Shown here: positions 25,085 through 33,745 of the stretch, piece by piece
How positions within the stretch are numbered: position 1 is the stretch's first letter
Layout: the number at the start of each line of letters is the position of its first letter
Source of the DNA: a bacterium
Lineage (GTDB): Bacteria > Patescibacteriota > Saccharimonadia > Saccharimonadales > UBA4665
Assembly (NCBI GenBank): GCA_021850865.1
Contig: JAJZKN010000001.1
Location: forward strand, 158,834 to 222,833
Reading direction: 5' to 3'
DNA length: 64,000 nt
Position numbers and translations under genes: made by a program
The notes under the pieces: model-generated
Told to the model about the DNA's origin: nothing
Databases searched by the model: none
What the model saw: only the letters and a program-made list of their open reading frames with translations

Positions 25085-26698
25085 CTATTTTTGCAAGGCT
25101 GCCTTTATAAGTCCGTTGAACAGCGGGTGTGGCGCTGTTGGCTTGGACTTAAATTCCGGATGGAATTGTGTAGCCACAAAAAACGGGTGATCAACTCCTT
25201 CTATCACCTCTACCAGCTTGGTTTGTGGATTCCGCCCAACCGCTTTTAGCCCCCAGCTTTCATAACTGCTAATGTATTTTGGATTGCACTCGAACCGGTG
25301 GCGATGCCGCTCAACTATAGAGATTTGACCGTATAGTTTAGCACTCAGACTGCTACTGCTTAAGCGACAATCATAGTTGCCTAGTCTCATAGTTCCACCG
25401 GTATTCTCTTTGCCCTTCTGGTCTTTCATCGTATCAATTACCGGATACGGAGTATTTTTATCCACTTCGGTCGTATTCGCCTTATTCAGGCCGTTTAGGC
25501 GGGCGGCGGCAATAACTGCCATATGCAGGCCGTAACACAGCCCCAGATAGGGTAATTTGTGCGTTAACGCGTACTCGGCGGCCTTAATCTTGCCCTCTAC
25601 CCCCCTGCTACCAAAACCACCGGGTACGACAATGGCATCGCAGTTCTTAAGCACTCCGTGTACGTTTGTTGATTCGCCAAGCTTCTCAGCATCAATCCAG
25701 ACTATCTTGATGTCCGATTTATTGAACCAGGCCGCCGCTTTTAAAGCCTCAAATACTGACATATAGGTGTCGGTATTGTCCAAATACTTAGCGATCACAC
25801 CGATCGTTACTTTCTGGTCATATTTCATAGTTGCCCGGGCAACTAGCTTACGCCAGTTATCCAATTCCGGTTTTTTACTGGCTGAAATATTAAGTTTCTC
25901 GGTGATTACTCGAGCTATACCGCTGTCCTCAAGGGTCAGGGGAACTTCATAGATAGTTTTAGCGTTAGGCAATAAAGCGATTGCTTCTACTGCCACTCCC
26001 GAAAATAAACTAAGTTTACGCGCAGCATTACCGTTAGCCGGTTTTTCGCTGCGGGCAACCAGTAGATCGGGCGTTATACCCAGTCCACGTAGTTCCCGAA
26101 CGGAGTTTTGTGCCGGCTTGGTTTTTATCTCGTCACTAGCGGATAGATAGGGCAGATAAACGACATGTACATAAAGACAGTTCTCGCGGCCGACTTTGAT
26201 GCCAAACTCTCGTATCGCCTCGATAAAGCTTAGCGATTCATAATCTCCGACGGTGCCGCCAATCTCGACAATGTGAATATCATAACCCTTGGATGCACTG
26301 GTGATATAGCTCTGAATTGCACCGGTTAAATGTGGGATTATCTGGACATCGTCACCATTATAACGACCGTCGCGTTCATCCTGTATAACCCCTGCATAGA
26401 CCCGCCCGGCCATTAACGAGCTGTCTTTGGTCATTTCTTGGTCAGTAAAACGTTCATAATGCCCCAAATCAAGGTCAGTTTCTGCTCCATCCTTAGTAAC
26501 AAAGACCTCCCCATGCTCTCTGGGATTCAGTAGTCCGGCGTCAACATTTAAATAAGGGTCACATTTTTGGAGATTGACATTGAGACCCCTGGCTCTCAGT
26601 AGATTACCAATGGAGGCGGCAGTTATGCCCTTTCCCAATCCAGAAAGCACTCCACCAGTAACAAAAATGTACTTGGTATGGCTTCTCGCCACTTGCAC
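25085..26698 (-). CDS. pyrG: CTP synthase
   Basis: It has YIFVTGGVLSGLGKG and the glutaminase triad region YLGLCYGLH ... HRHRFE. The start may be the GTG at 26692, which has better spacing to GAGAGG. Confidence 0.95.
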   Translation of the reverse strand: MQVARSHTKYIFVTGGVLSGLGKGITAASIGNLLRARGLNVNLQKCDPYLNVDAGLLNPREHGEVFVTKDGAETDLDLGHYERFTDQEMTKDSSLMAGRVYAGVIQDERDGRYNGDDVQIIPHLTGAIQSYITSASKGYDIHIVEIGGTVGDYESLSFIEAIREFGIKVGRENCLYVHVVYLPYLSASDEIKTKPAQNSVRELRGLGITPDLLVARSEKPANGNAARKLSLFSGVAVEAIALLPNAKTIYEVPLTLEDSGIARVITEKLNISASKKPELDNWRKLVARATMKYDQKVTIGVIAKYLDNTDTYMSVFEALKAAAWFNKSDIKIVWIDAEKLGESTNVHGVLKNCDAIVVPGGFGSRGVEGKIKAAEYALTHKLPYLGLCYGLHMAVIAAARLNGLNKANTTEVDKNTPYPVIDTMKDQKGKENTGGTMRLGNYDCRLSSSSLSAKLYGQISIVERHRHRFECNPKYISSYESWGLKAVGRNPQTKLVEVIEGVDHPFFVATQFHPEFKSKPTAPHPLFNGLIKAALQK

Positions 26699-26790
26699 CT
26701 CTCTCGTTTTCTCTAATTACACCAAATGTTAGCATAATCTCGCGCCGATTAACAATAGCAGGAATGAATATCCGCTCTGGATAATGTAGC

Positions 26791-28038
26791 TTACTGCTTA
26801 CTTAGGTATGATTCAGCTGCAATTAATTGGTTATCCGTGCTGCCGCTTTTTAGTTGAACGACTTGATCCGGAGTTATCCCGATTTTGTTAATGTTTTGTC
26901 CGTCAGGCCGGTACCATGAAGCAATAGTCACCTTTAAGACGCTGCCATCCGATAAGTTAACTAGCTGCTGAACCACCCCTTTGCCGTAGGATTTTGTCCC
27001 GATTAAATAAGCGTCGTGATGATCATGCAGCGCTCCGGCAGTTATTTCACTTGCCGAAGCCGAACCACCATTAATTAACACCACCGTTGGTATACCGTGC
27101 AGAATATCACCGCCCGTAGCATTGTAGGTCTGAAGAACTTGGGAACCGCGTTTTTCTTGCATTATTTCTTGTCCCGGTTTTAACCATTCACTGGTGACCG
27201 CTACTGCAGCGGACACTAATCCTCCCGGATTATTTCTTAAGTCCAGAATTATACCCTTGACATGCGACTTAACCAGATAGCTAGAAGCCTGCTGAATTAA
27301 ACTACTGGTGTCATTAGCGAACGTCATAATTGATATATACCCAATATTGCCGTTCAGTATCTTATAGGACACGCTTGGTACGACAATATTCTGTCGGATA
27401 ATTTTGACATTGAAGCTTCGGTTTGCACGAATAATGGTCAGCTCTACGGCGGTATTGGCTTTACCGCGAATAGCGTAAACAGCTTGCTCTACCGTCATAT
27501 TTGACGTCGACTTACCGTTAACGGCGGCGATAATGTCTTTCGGCAATAAGCCGGCTTTGGCGGCCGGAGACCCTTTGAGCGGTGACATTATTTCAATCTC
27601 GTGCTGTGCATTCTGGCTTAGTTCGGCGCCAATACCGCTAAACGAATTGTTTAATTCATTGCTAAATGCCTTGGCTTCAGAGGCCGTAAAGTATTCCGTA
27701 TAGGGATCGTTAGTCGCTTGAGCCAGTCCGTGTTTAATCCCGTCCAGCAGCTGAGTCTGAGTCAACTTGCCATCATAATATTGTCTAAGCGCCTGATATT
27801 CCTGGTTAACTGTTGAGTAATTAAGGCTTGCCGGCAGTCCAGAATCATATGCTTGATTAGAAAAATTAATATTGCCGTTGCCGATATTTAGCCCCAGGAG
27901 AAATACAGCAATAACAAAAACGACACAGAAAAGTCCAATAAGAACTCTGCTGAGTTGTTTGCGTTGGATAAATTCGACAATTTTTTCCATAGACACTGGT
28001 CTCCCTCTCCTCCGTCCAGTCGACGGCGGAACTATCAA
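26791..28038 (-). CDS. ctpA: Carboxy-terminal processing (S41) protease
   Basis: It has a TM anchor, a PDZ domain, the catalytic region GGSASASEITAG and KSYGKGVVQ. An alternative start exists at 27990. Confidence 0.88.
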   Translation of the reverse strand: MIVPPSTGRRRGRPVSMEKIVEFIQRKQLSRVLIGLFCVVFVIAVFLLGLNIGNGNINFSNQAYDSGLPASLNYSTVNQEYQALRQYYDGKLTQTQLLDGIKHGLAQATNDPYTEYFTASEAKAFSNELNNSFSGIGAELSQNAQHEIEIMSPLKGSPAAKAGLLPKDIIAAVNGKSTSNMTVEQAVYAIRGKANTAVELTIIRANRSFNVKIIRQNIVVPSVSYKILNGNIGYISIMTFANDTSSLIQQASSYLVKSHVKGIILDLRNNPGGLVSAAVAVTSEWLKPGQEIMQEKRGSQVLQTYNATGGDILHGIPTVVLINGGSASASEITAGALHDHHDAYLIGTKSYGKGVVQQLVNLSDGSVLKVTIASWYRPDGQNINKIGITPDQVVQLKSGSTDNQLIAAESYLSKQ

Positions 28039-28102
28039 TTCATCTGTTCCTTTTAATATCTAAAGACATTTTAGACTATAAACTGCGATTAAGGTAGAGC
28101 TT

Positions 28103-29350
28103 TTACTGCGGATTAATATACATCAGGTAATTTGCCGGCCACAGGTTATACATGTAATGTCCGTAAAAGTCCTCGTTCATACTCGCGACTAAGACATAAC
28201 CCTGAGGAACATAAACTCCTGTCGCTTGGTTGGTATTCGGGAAATGACCATCATAGGTCGTTCCCGGCAATGCCAATACGATCATTACGTGACCGTAATA
28301 ACCGCCGTGAAGACTGGGAACCGGCGCGTTAAGCGAACTGGACGGTTCGACTCCAATTGCACCAGGAACCACGTTCGGGTATGTGGAAACCGGATAGTTG
28401 GAGGTTTCCCACCACCAGCCGGCATTACCGTTAACCTGGAAATTAGCCTGTCCCTCAACGTTTATAAAGTACCAGTTGGCGAACGACGTACATTCGCGGT
28501 TTGGAAATCCATAAGGATCAACCAGCGAATCCTGTGGCGCAGCACAGAGCTGAGTCGGGTAACCGCCGTTACCGTACCCTATGTCACAAGCTCCGCCAGA
28601 GCCACTGGAAGGCCGAATATTGACTGTCCGGGAGATTGAAGCGTTAGCCGCCGCTTGTTCGGCGCGTAAATTGGCAATTTGAGAGTTGTTCGCAGCAATC
28701 TGGGAGTTATAGTTAGACTGCTGCTGTTGGTTCATCGACAACAATTGATTCTGTTGCTGCTGGTCGGCGGCAATTAAAACCTGCTGCGATTTTTCCGTTG
28801 CCAATATCGAAACTACCTGGTCTTTGTTGGTTTGAGCCTGCAACTGCAACTGCTTGATAGTAGTTAGTAAACCGTCCAGCTGATCCTGGATTTTAATATT
28901 GTCTTCCTGTTTGTTCATGAAACTACTTAAGTTTTGGCTGGTAGCCAGTTGCTCAATTGTCGACATTTGACCCTGTACATACATCTCTTTTAAATCGGTC
29001 GACAGATAGTTCTTATTGACGGCGATTTTGGTTTGATCTTGCTGGATCTGCAGTTGGTACTCGTTGAGCTTTACCTGGTTGGCATTAATGCTGTTCTCAA
29101 TGTCATTGATCTGCGCCTGGTAAGCGTTAATCGCCTGCTGGTAGTTAGTAGCCTGAACCGATAATCCATTCAGGGCTGACTGGTCCTGAGTATTTTGAGA
29201 GTTGAGACTGTTAATCTGAGCCTGGTAATTAGAGGCAGTAGCATTTGGAATAACGCTAAAACCAAATATGAGCAAGCTAAGGCCCAAAGCGCCCCCGCCG
29301 CGCCGAAGGAAATGGCGAGATGTGGTGTGAGGCTTCTGATTAATACTCAT
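28103..29350 (-). CDS. PcsB-like peptidoglycan hydrolase: signal/TM, long Q/N-rich coiled coil, C-terminal CHAP domain
   Basis: The CHAP catalytic Cys context is NRECTSFANWYF and the His context is YGHVMIV. About 230 aa of heptad-like Q/N/L repeats precede it. It lies directly downstream of ftsE-ftsX. The ATG at 29350 was chosen. The ORF is open to the TTG at 29467. Confidence 0.8.
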   Translation of the reverse strand: MSINQKPHTTSRHFLRRGGGALGLSLLIFGFSVIPNATASNYQAQINSLNSQNTQDQSALNGLSVQATNYQQAINAYQAQINDIENSINANQVKLNEYQLQIQQDQTKIAVNKNYLSTDLKEMYVQGQMSTIEQLATSQNLSSFMNKQEDNIKIQDQLDGLLTTIKQLQLQAQTNKDQVVSILATEKSQQVLIAADQQQQNQLLSMNQQQQSNYNSQIAANNSQIANLRAEQAAANASISRTVNIRPSSGSGGACDIGYGNGGYPTQLCAAPQDSLVDPYGFPNRECTSFANWYFINVEGQANFQVNGNAGWWWETSNYPVSTYPNVVPGAIGVEPSSSLNAPVPSLHGGYYGHVMIVLALPGTTYDGHFPNTNQATGVYVPQGYVLVASMNEDFYGHYMYNLWPANYLMYINPQ

Positions 29351-29564
29351 TTGTGGATTTTTGTTATTTTTAATCCGTGCTTTTACTATAGCATAAAAAA
29401 TCAAGAAAATCCCTCCGTTTTTTATGATTGACACTGTCTCACTTGTTAAAATTGCGCTATTTACCAAACAGACAAATCAGAAAACCGATTATTAACCGGT
29501 CGCGGTTCAAGAATCCACATTTTAGCCAAAACGAGTGTAAATAGTGTTTATTGGTATTATTCTT

Positions 29565-30509
29565 TTATCTGGATTTGAATTTTAAATACCGTCTAGTCGC
29601 TATCAAAGAAGAAACGGCTCCTATTACAATACCAAGCACGACTTCTAAAATCAACAGCACTAGAAACTTGTCGGTGAAAAACTGGTTTGCATAACCTATG
29701 TCCAATAGGCCCAGGCTACTGGCCTGCAAAGTTGTGCTACTGGCCTGAAATGCTTCGTTAATGATCAGAACCGAGATCATTGCCGATACTACGCCGTAAA
29801 TAATCGATTCAACAATAAAAGGGCCACGAATATACGAAGTGCTGGCACCAAGCAAACGCATAATCTGAATTTCATCCCGTCGGTTGAAGATGGCCATCTG
29901 GATGGTATTGAAGATAATCAACACGCTGACTACCGCGAAAACAATTACCGCTACTACCCCTATTTCCCTAAGCACGTTAGTAGCGTGCGTTATCCGGTCG
30001 ATCGCCTGCTTTTCCTGTCCGCTGTAGCTGGGGGGGTCGGTTTGTAATTTATTAACCGCCGGTAGCGATAAAAATGATTTAATCGAGCTTAGGTCGTTGA
30101 GGTTCCTGGGCTTAATGATAATCGTCGCCGGGAGTGGATTGTTGGTTTCCTGAACTGCTTGGATCAGCTGCTGGTTAGAGGAATTTTGCGCTTCGTATAC
30201 CTTCAGCGCCTGGGCTTTGGAAAGATAAGCGGCGCTCTGGACGTTGGATAAGCTCCTGATTTCACCGAGCAATTTAGCCGTCTGCTGCTGGTTGACACTA
30301 TCCTTGAGATAGACTGAAATGTCTATTTTGCTGGTGATCTGATAGATGGTGTGAGAGAAGGTATCATTAATGATTAGCGAAAACAGCACGATCGTTAGAG
30401 TAACGACCATAATCGCCATGGCTGCAATTGCCAGTGAAATATTTCTGGCAAAATTAACCATACCGGTATGAACTATCCGCCAAAAAGTGATTAGCTTTTT
30501 TTTACCCAT
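29565..30509 (-). CDS. ftsX: Cell division ABC transporter permease FtsX
   Basis: It has 4 TM segments with a large first extracytoplasmic loop. It follows ftsE. Confidence 0.88.
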   Translation of the reverse strand: MGKKKLITFWRIVHTGMVNFARNISLAIAAMAIMVVTLTIVLFSLIINDTFSHTIYQITSKIDISVYLKDSVNQQQTAKLLGEIRSLSNVQSAAYLSKAQALKVYEAQNSSNQQLIQAVQETNNPLPATIIIKPRNLNDLSSIKSFLSLPAVNKLQTDPPSYSGQEKQAIDRITHATNVLREIGVVAVIVFAVVSVLIIFNTIQMAIFNRRDEIQIMRLLGASTSYIRGPFIVESIIYGVVSAMISVLIINEAFQASSTTLQASSLGLLDIGYANQFFTDKFLVLLILEVVLGIVIGAVSSLIATRRYLKFKSR

Positions 30510-30552
30510 ATATTACTTCGATAATTTCCGTTAACATATCAACTTTACTTAT

Positions 30553-31236
30553 CTATATCTTGTAGCCGGCATTAGCGCGATCGCTAACCACCCTACCGTC
30601 TTTAAGCGTCACCACCCGTCGCTTCAACCGGTTAACAATTTCCTGGTTATGTGTCGTCAACAATACGGTCGTCCCGTAACGGTTGATCTTTTCCAGAATT
30701 TTGATGACATCCCAAGCATGCTTCGGGTCTAGGTTACCAGTCGGCTCGTCGGCGATCAAGATTTTCGGTTGTCGGACAATTGCCCGGGCTATAGCCACCC
30801 GCTGGCGTTCACCTCCACTTAACTGAATCGGCATATTATCCTCTTTACCGGTCAAATTAACGATGTCCAGAACCTTGGGTACAGTATTGCGAATCTCTTT
30901 ATTGCCCATGCCAACCATTTCCAGAGCAAACGCTACATTTTCAAAAATAGTCTTATTGGGCAGAAGTTTAAAATCCTGGAATACCACCCCAATCTTGCGT
31001 CTGAGTAGTGGAATTTCCCGGTCTTTGAGCTTGTCATAATCGATACCGCCGACAATTATTTTTCCGGTAGTCTGTCTCTCTTCTCTAGTCAACAGCCTAA
31101 GCAAAGTCGTTTTGCCGGCGCCACTTTGGCCAACAACAATCACAAACTCCTTTGGTTCGACATGCAAACTTACACGATCAAGTGACGGCTTGGTGTCCTT
31201 TGAGTAAGTCTTACTTACCCGGTCTAACAAAATCAT
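30553..31236 (-). CDS. ftsE: Cell division ATP-binding protein FtsE
   Basis: It has Walker A GQSGAGKTT, signature LSGGERQR and Walker [13 protein letters not shown]. Confidence 0.92.
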   Translation of the reverse strand: MILLDRVSKTYSKDTKPSLDRVSLHVEPKEFVIVVGQSGAGKTTLLRLLTREERQTTGKIIVGGIDYDKLKDREIPLLRRKIGVVFQDFKLLPNKTIFENVAFALEMVGMGNKEIRNTVPKVLDIVNLTGKEDNMPIQLSGGERQRVAIARAIVRQPKILIADEPTGNLDPKHAWDVIKILEKINRYGTTVLLTTHNQEIVNRLKRRVVTLKDGRVVSDRANAGYKI

Positions 31237-31304
31237 TAAGCTAAATTATATCACGCGAACCAGACCAACCTGCTGATAACCGCCCGCCGGACCGGCCGGA
31301 ATAT

Positions 31305-32390
31305 CTAGCGCTCAGCACTTAGGGTAGTTTCGAGATAGGCTTGAATAAACGGATCAAGATCGCCAGACAGAACTGCTTCGACGTCGTTATTTTCGTATCT
31401 GGTGCGTAAATCTTTTACTTGCTTATAAGGATGGATCACGTAGCTGCGGATCTGATTGCCCCATTCCGCCGACTGGTTCGGCCCTTTTATTTCACTTAGC
31501 TGTTTGGTGTGCTGCTCTAGCTGTAACTGCGCCAGCCGTGAACGGAGAATGGTCATTGCCGTCTCCCGGTTTTGCAGCTGGCTGCGTTCATTCTGAATTA
31601 CGACATTTATCCCGCTCGGTATATGTGTGATCCTGACCGCTGAATCAGTGGTGTTAACGCTCTGACCACCGTGACCGCCACTGCGAAATACATCTATTTT
31701 TAGATCAGCTTCGTCAATGCTCACTTCTCCCGGCGAATCGATTTTTGGCGCTATCTCAACCTTGGCGAAGCTAGTTTGGCGCAAGTTATCGGCATTAAAT
31801 GGGCTTAACCGTACCAGCCGGTGCACCCCATTCTCGCCGCGCAGCTTACCAAACACAAAATCTGCGCCATCAACTTCTATGACAACGTTCTTCAAACCGG
31901 CTTCTTCGCCAGGTGACTCGTCAACGACACTATATTTCCAACCCTTCTTGTCAAAATAACGACTATACATTCTGAATAACATTTGTGTCCAGTCCTGAGC
32001 GTCGGTACCGCCGGCGCCGGCAAATAAACTAACAATTGCGCCGTGATCATCATACGGTCCGGAAAGCATAAGTTGCTGTTTAAGCGTCTTAAATTCACCA
32101 GCCGCCTCTATTAGGCCGGTATTTATTTCATCGCTGAGTTTGGCGTCATTCAATTTTGCCAGTTCGACTAAGTCTCCAATTGAAACCTCAAGTTTCTCCC
32201 ATGGCGTGAGTCGTTGCTCGAGTTTGGCGATTTGCTGCATTACCCGTGAGGCGCTAACGTTATCTTGCCAAAAGTCTGGCTTTTGAGTTTGCCGCTTTAG
32301 TGAATCCAACTGGTCGCGTAAGCTACTGAGCTGCAGCTGCTTGATCGCCTGCTTGAGGTCCGTCTGTAATTGTTGAGCTTCTTTCTCCAT
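31305..32390 (-). CDS. prfB: Peptide chain release factor 2 (single uninterrupted ORF, no programmed frameshift)
   Basis: It has the SPF tripeptide (RLSPFNA) and GGQ ([10 protein letters not shown]). The N-terminus is contiguous through the region where a +1 frameshift site would sit. Confidence 0.93.
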   Translation of the reverse strand: MEKEAQQLQTDLKQAIKQLQLSSLRDQLDSLKRQTQKPDFWQDNVSASRVMQQIAKLEQRLTPWEKLEVSIGDLVELAKLNDAKLSDEINTGLIEAAGEFKTLKQQLMLSGPYDDHGAIVSLFAGAGGTDAQDWTQMLFRMYSRYFDKKGWKYSVVDESPGEEAGLKNVVIEVDGADFVFGKLRGENGVHRLVRLSPFNADNLRQTSFAKVEIAPKIDSPGEVSIDEADLKIDVFRSGGHGGQSVNTTDSAVRITHIPSGINVVIQNERSQLQNRETAMTILRSRLAQLQLEQHTKQLSEIKGPNQSAEWGNQIRSYVIHPYKQVKDLRTRYENNDVEAVLSGDLDPFIQAYLETTLSAER

Positions 32391-32420
32391 AGCATTAATA
32401 TTGGCTCATTTAATAACGGC

Positions 32421-33728
32421 CTAGTCCTGAGGAAAAGTCGGGTTTTCCCAAAGCAGACTAATCTGATCCTTCAGTTGGGCCGTAAACTCCTTGCCGCAAG
32501 CTCCTAAAACACCGAACCCCCAGATATTATCTTGAAACATACCACGCGCCACATCCACAATCGTCGCTTTAGTAACCGCTTCGATGCGTTCGGGTATGTT
32601 GTAGTAGTCCTCAATAATTCCGTCAAAAAAATATCTGCCAGCGTAACCTGAGGCTGTACCGCCGACTGTTTGTGCTGAGCGTTGAAATCTACCCAACGAG
32701 TACTGTTTGGTGTTCGCTATATCCCTTTCGTCGATATGGCCACCCATAACTTTTTCCAGCTCGGAGACAATAATATTCATTAATGCCGGGGCGTTCTTAT
32801 CGGAAACCTGGGCACCAAACCACCAGTTGCTGATCTCTTTCGCCTGCGATAATCCCGAGCTCATTCCGTATACCAGTCCTCGCTCTCTGGCGGTGCCGAG
32901 AATTTTAGAATACAAAGTTTCGGTGAGCATAGTATTCGCCAAATTGAGAGCATCAGTCTCCGGATCGCTCAAGCGTCGCTTCATAAAGGTATCTATATAA
33001 AAATAAAGGTTTTCGACTGTCTTATTCTTGATGTATGTCGCGCTGTCCAGGCTTCTGGGTATTTCCCTGGGAAGATTGTAGCGTCGGCCCGTTTTAGGCA
33101 GCTCGATCATTTCCAGGACATTCTGGATATGTTCTTTGCGGCGCGGCGTTAAATTACCGGCTATTACAAATCGCATATTCGGAGCCGTATGTGTTTTTTT
33201 GTAATGCGCTCTAATATCGTTAACCGAGACGTTGTGTATCAACTTCAACCGTTCAGCATCGGTTTTAACTAACAGTCCCAGTTGTTTGCGCATTTCCAGA
33301 GAGAGACGCCGGAAATGGTTATTGGCCCTGGAGGCCATTTCTTCCTGCACATTCCCGAATTCGGCTTTGAATTCTTCTTCGAGAAATAAAGGTTTGGTAA
33401 TTGCGACTAGGAGCAAATCAAACACCCGGTCCCATTCGAAATCGGCACACTCGGCTTCGTAAGTGATATCGTAGACGCTGGTTGAGGCATTAGAATAGGC
33501 ACCATTTTTTTCTAACTCAGCCTGAAAATCCCTGGCCTTGGGAATCAGCTCGTTGGCCCCCAAAACAACATGCTCCATTAAGTGCGGCACTTCGCTCTTA
33601 TCTGGATCGACCAAAAATTCTCCGGCTCGGAAATTAACATCAAAGGTCATAACCGAGGCACTGGGAACATGTATCAATAGCCCCCCGCCACCGTTGGATA
33701 AGGTTATTTCGGAGACTGTATGCTTCAT
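32421..33728 (-). CDS. M16 (pitrilysin/insulinase) family zinc peptidase
   Basis: It has the inverted zinc motif HxxEH (HLMEH) near the N-terminus and a two-domain length of 435 aa. Confidence 0.8.
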   Translation of the reverse strand: MKHTVSEITLSNGGGGLLIHVPSASVMTFDVNFRAGEFLVDPDKSEVPHLMEHVVLGANELIPKARDFQAELEKNGAYSNASTSVYDITYEAECADFEWDRVFDLLLVAITKPLFLEEEFKAEFGNVQEEMASRANNHFRRLSLEMRKQLGLLVKTDAERLKLIHNVSVNDIRAHYKKTHTAPNMRFVIAGNLTPRRKEHIQNVLEMIELPKTGRRYNLPREIPRSLDSATYIKNKTVENLYFYIDTFMKRRLSDPETDALNLANTMLTETLYSKILGTARERGLVYGMSSGLSQAKEISNWWFGAQVSDKNAPALMNIIVSELEKVMGGHIDERDIANTKQYSLGRFQRSAQTVGGTASGYAGRYFFDGIIEDYYNIPERIEAVTKATIVDVARGMFQDNIWGFGVLGACGKEFTAQLKDQISLLWENPTFPQD

Positions 33729-33745
33729 CTTTGCCTATTAATCTT

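Noticed and set aside
31305-32390. Programmed +1 frameshift site in prfB, or signs of UGA reassignment.
   Set aside because: prfB is one uninterrupted ORF through the usual frameshift region. Both RF1 and RF2 are intact and TGA terminates genes here (e.g. prfA), which is consistent with the standard code 11.
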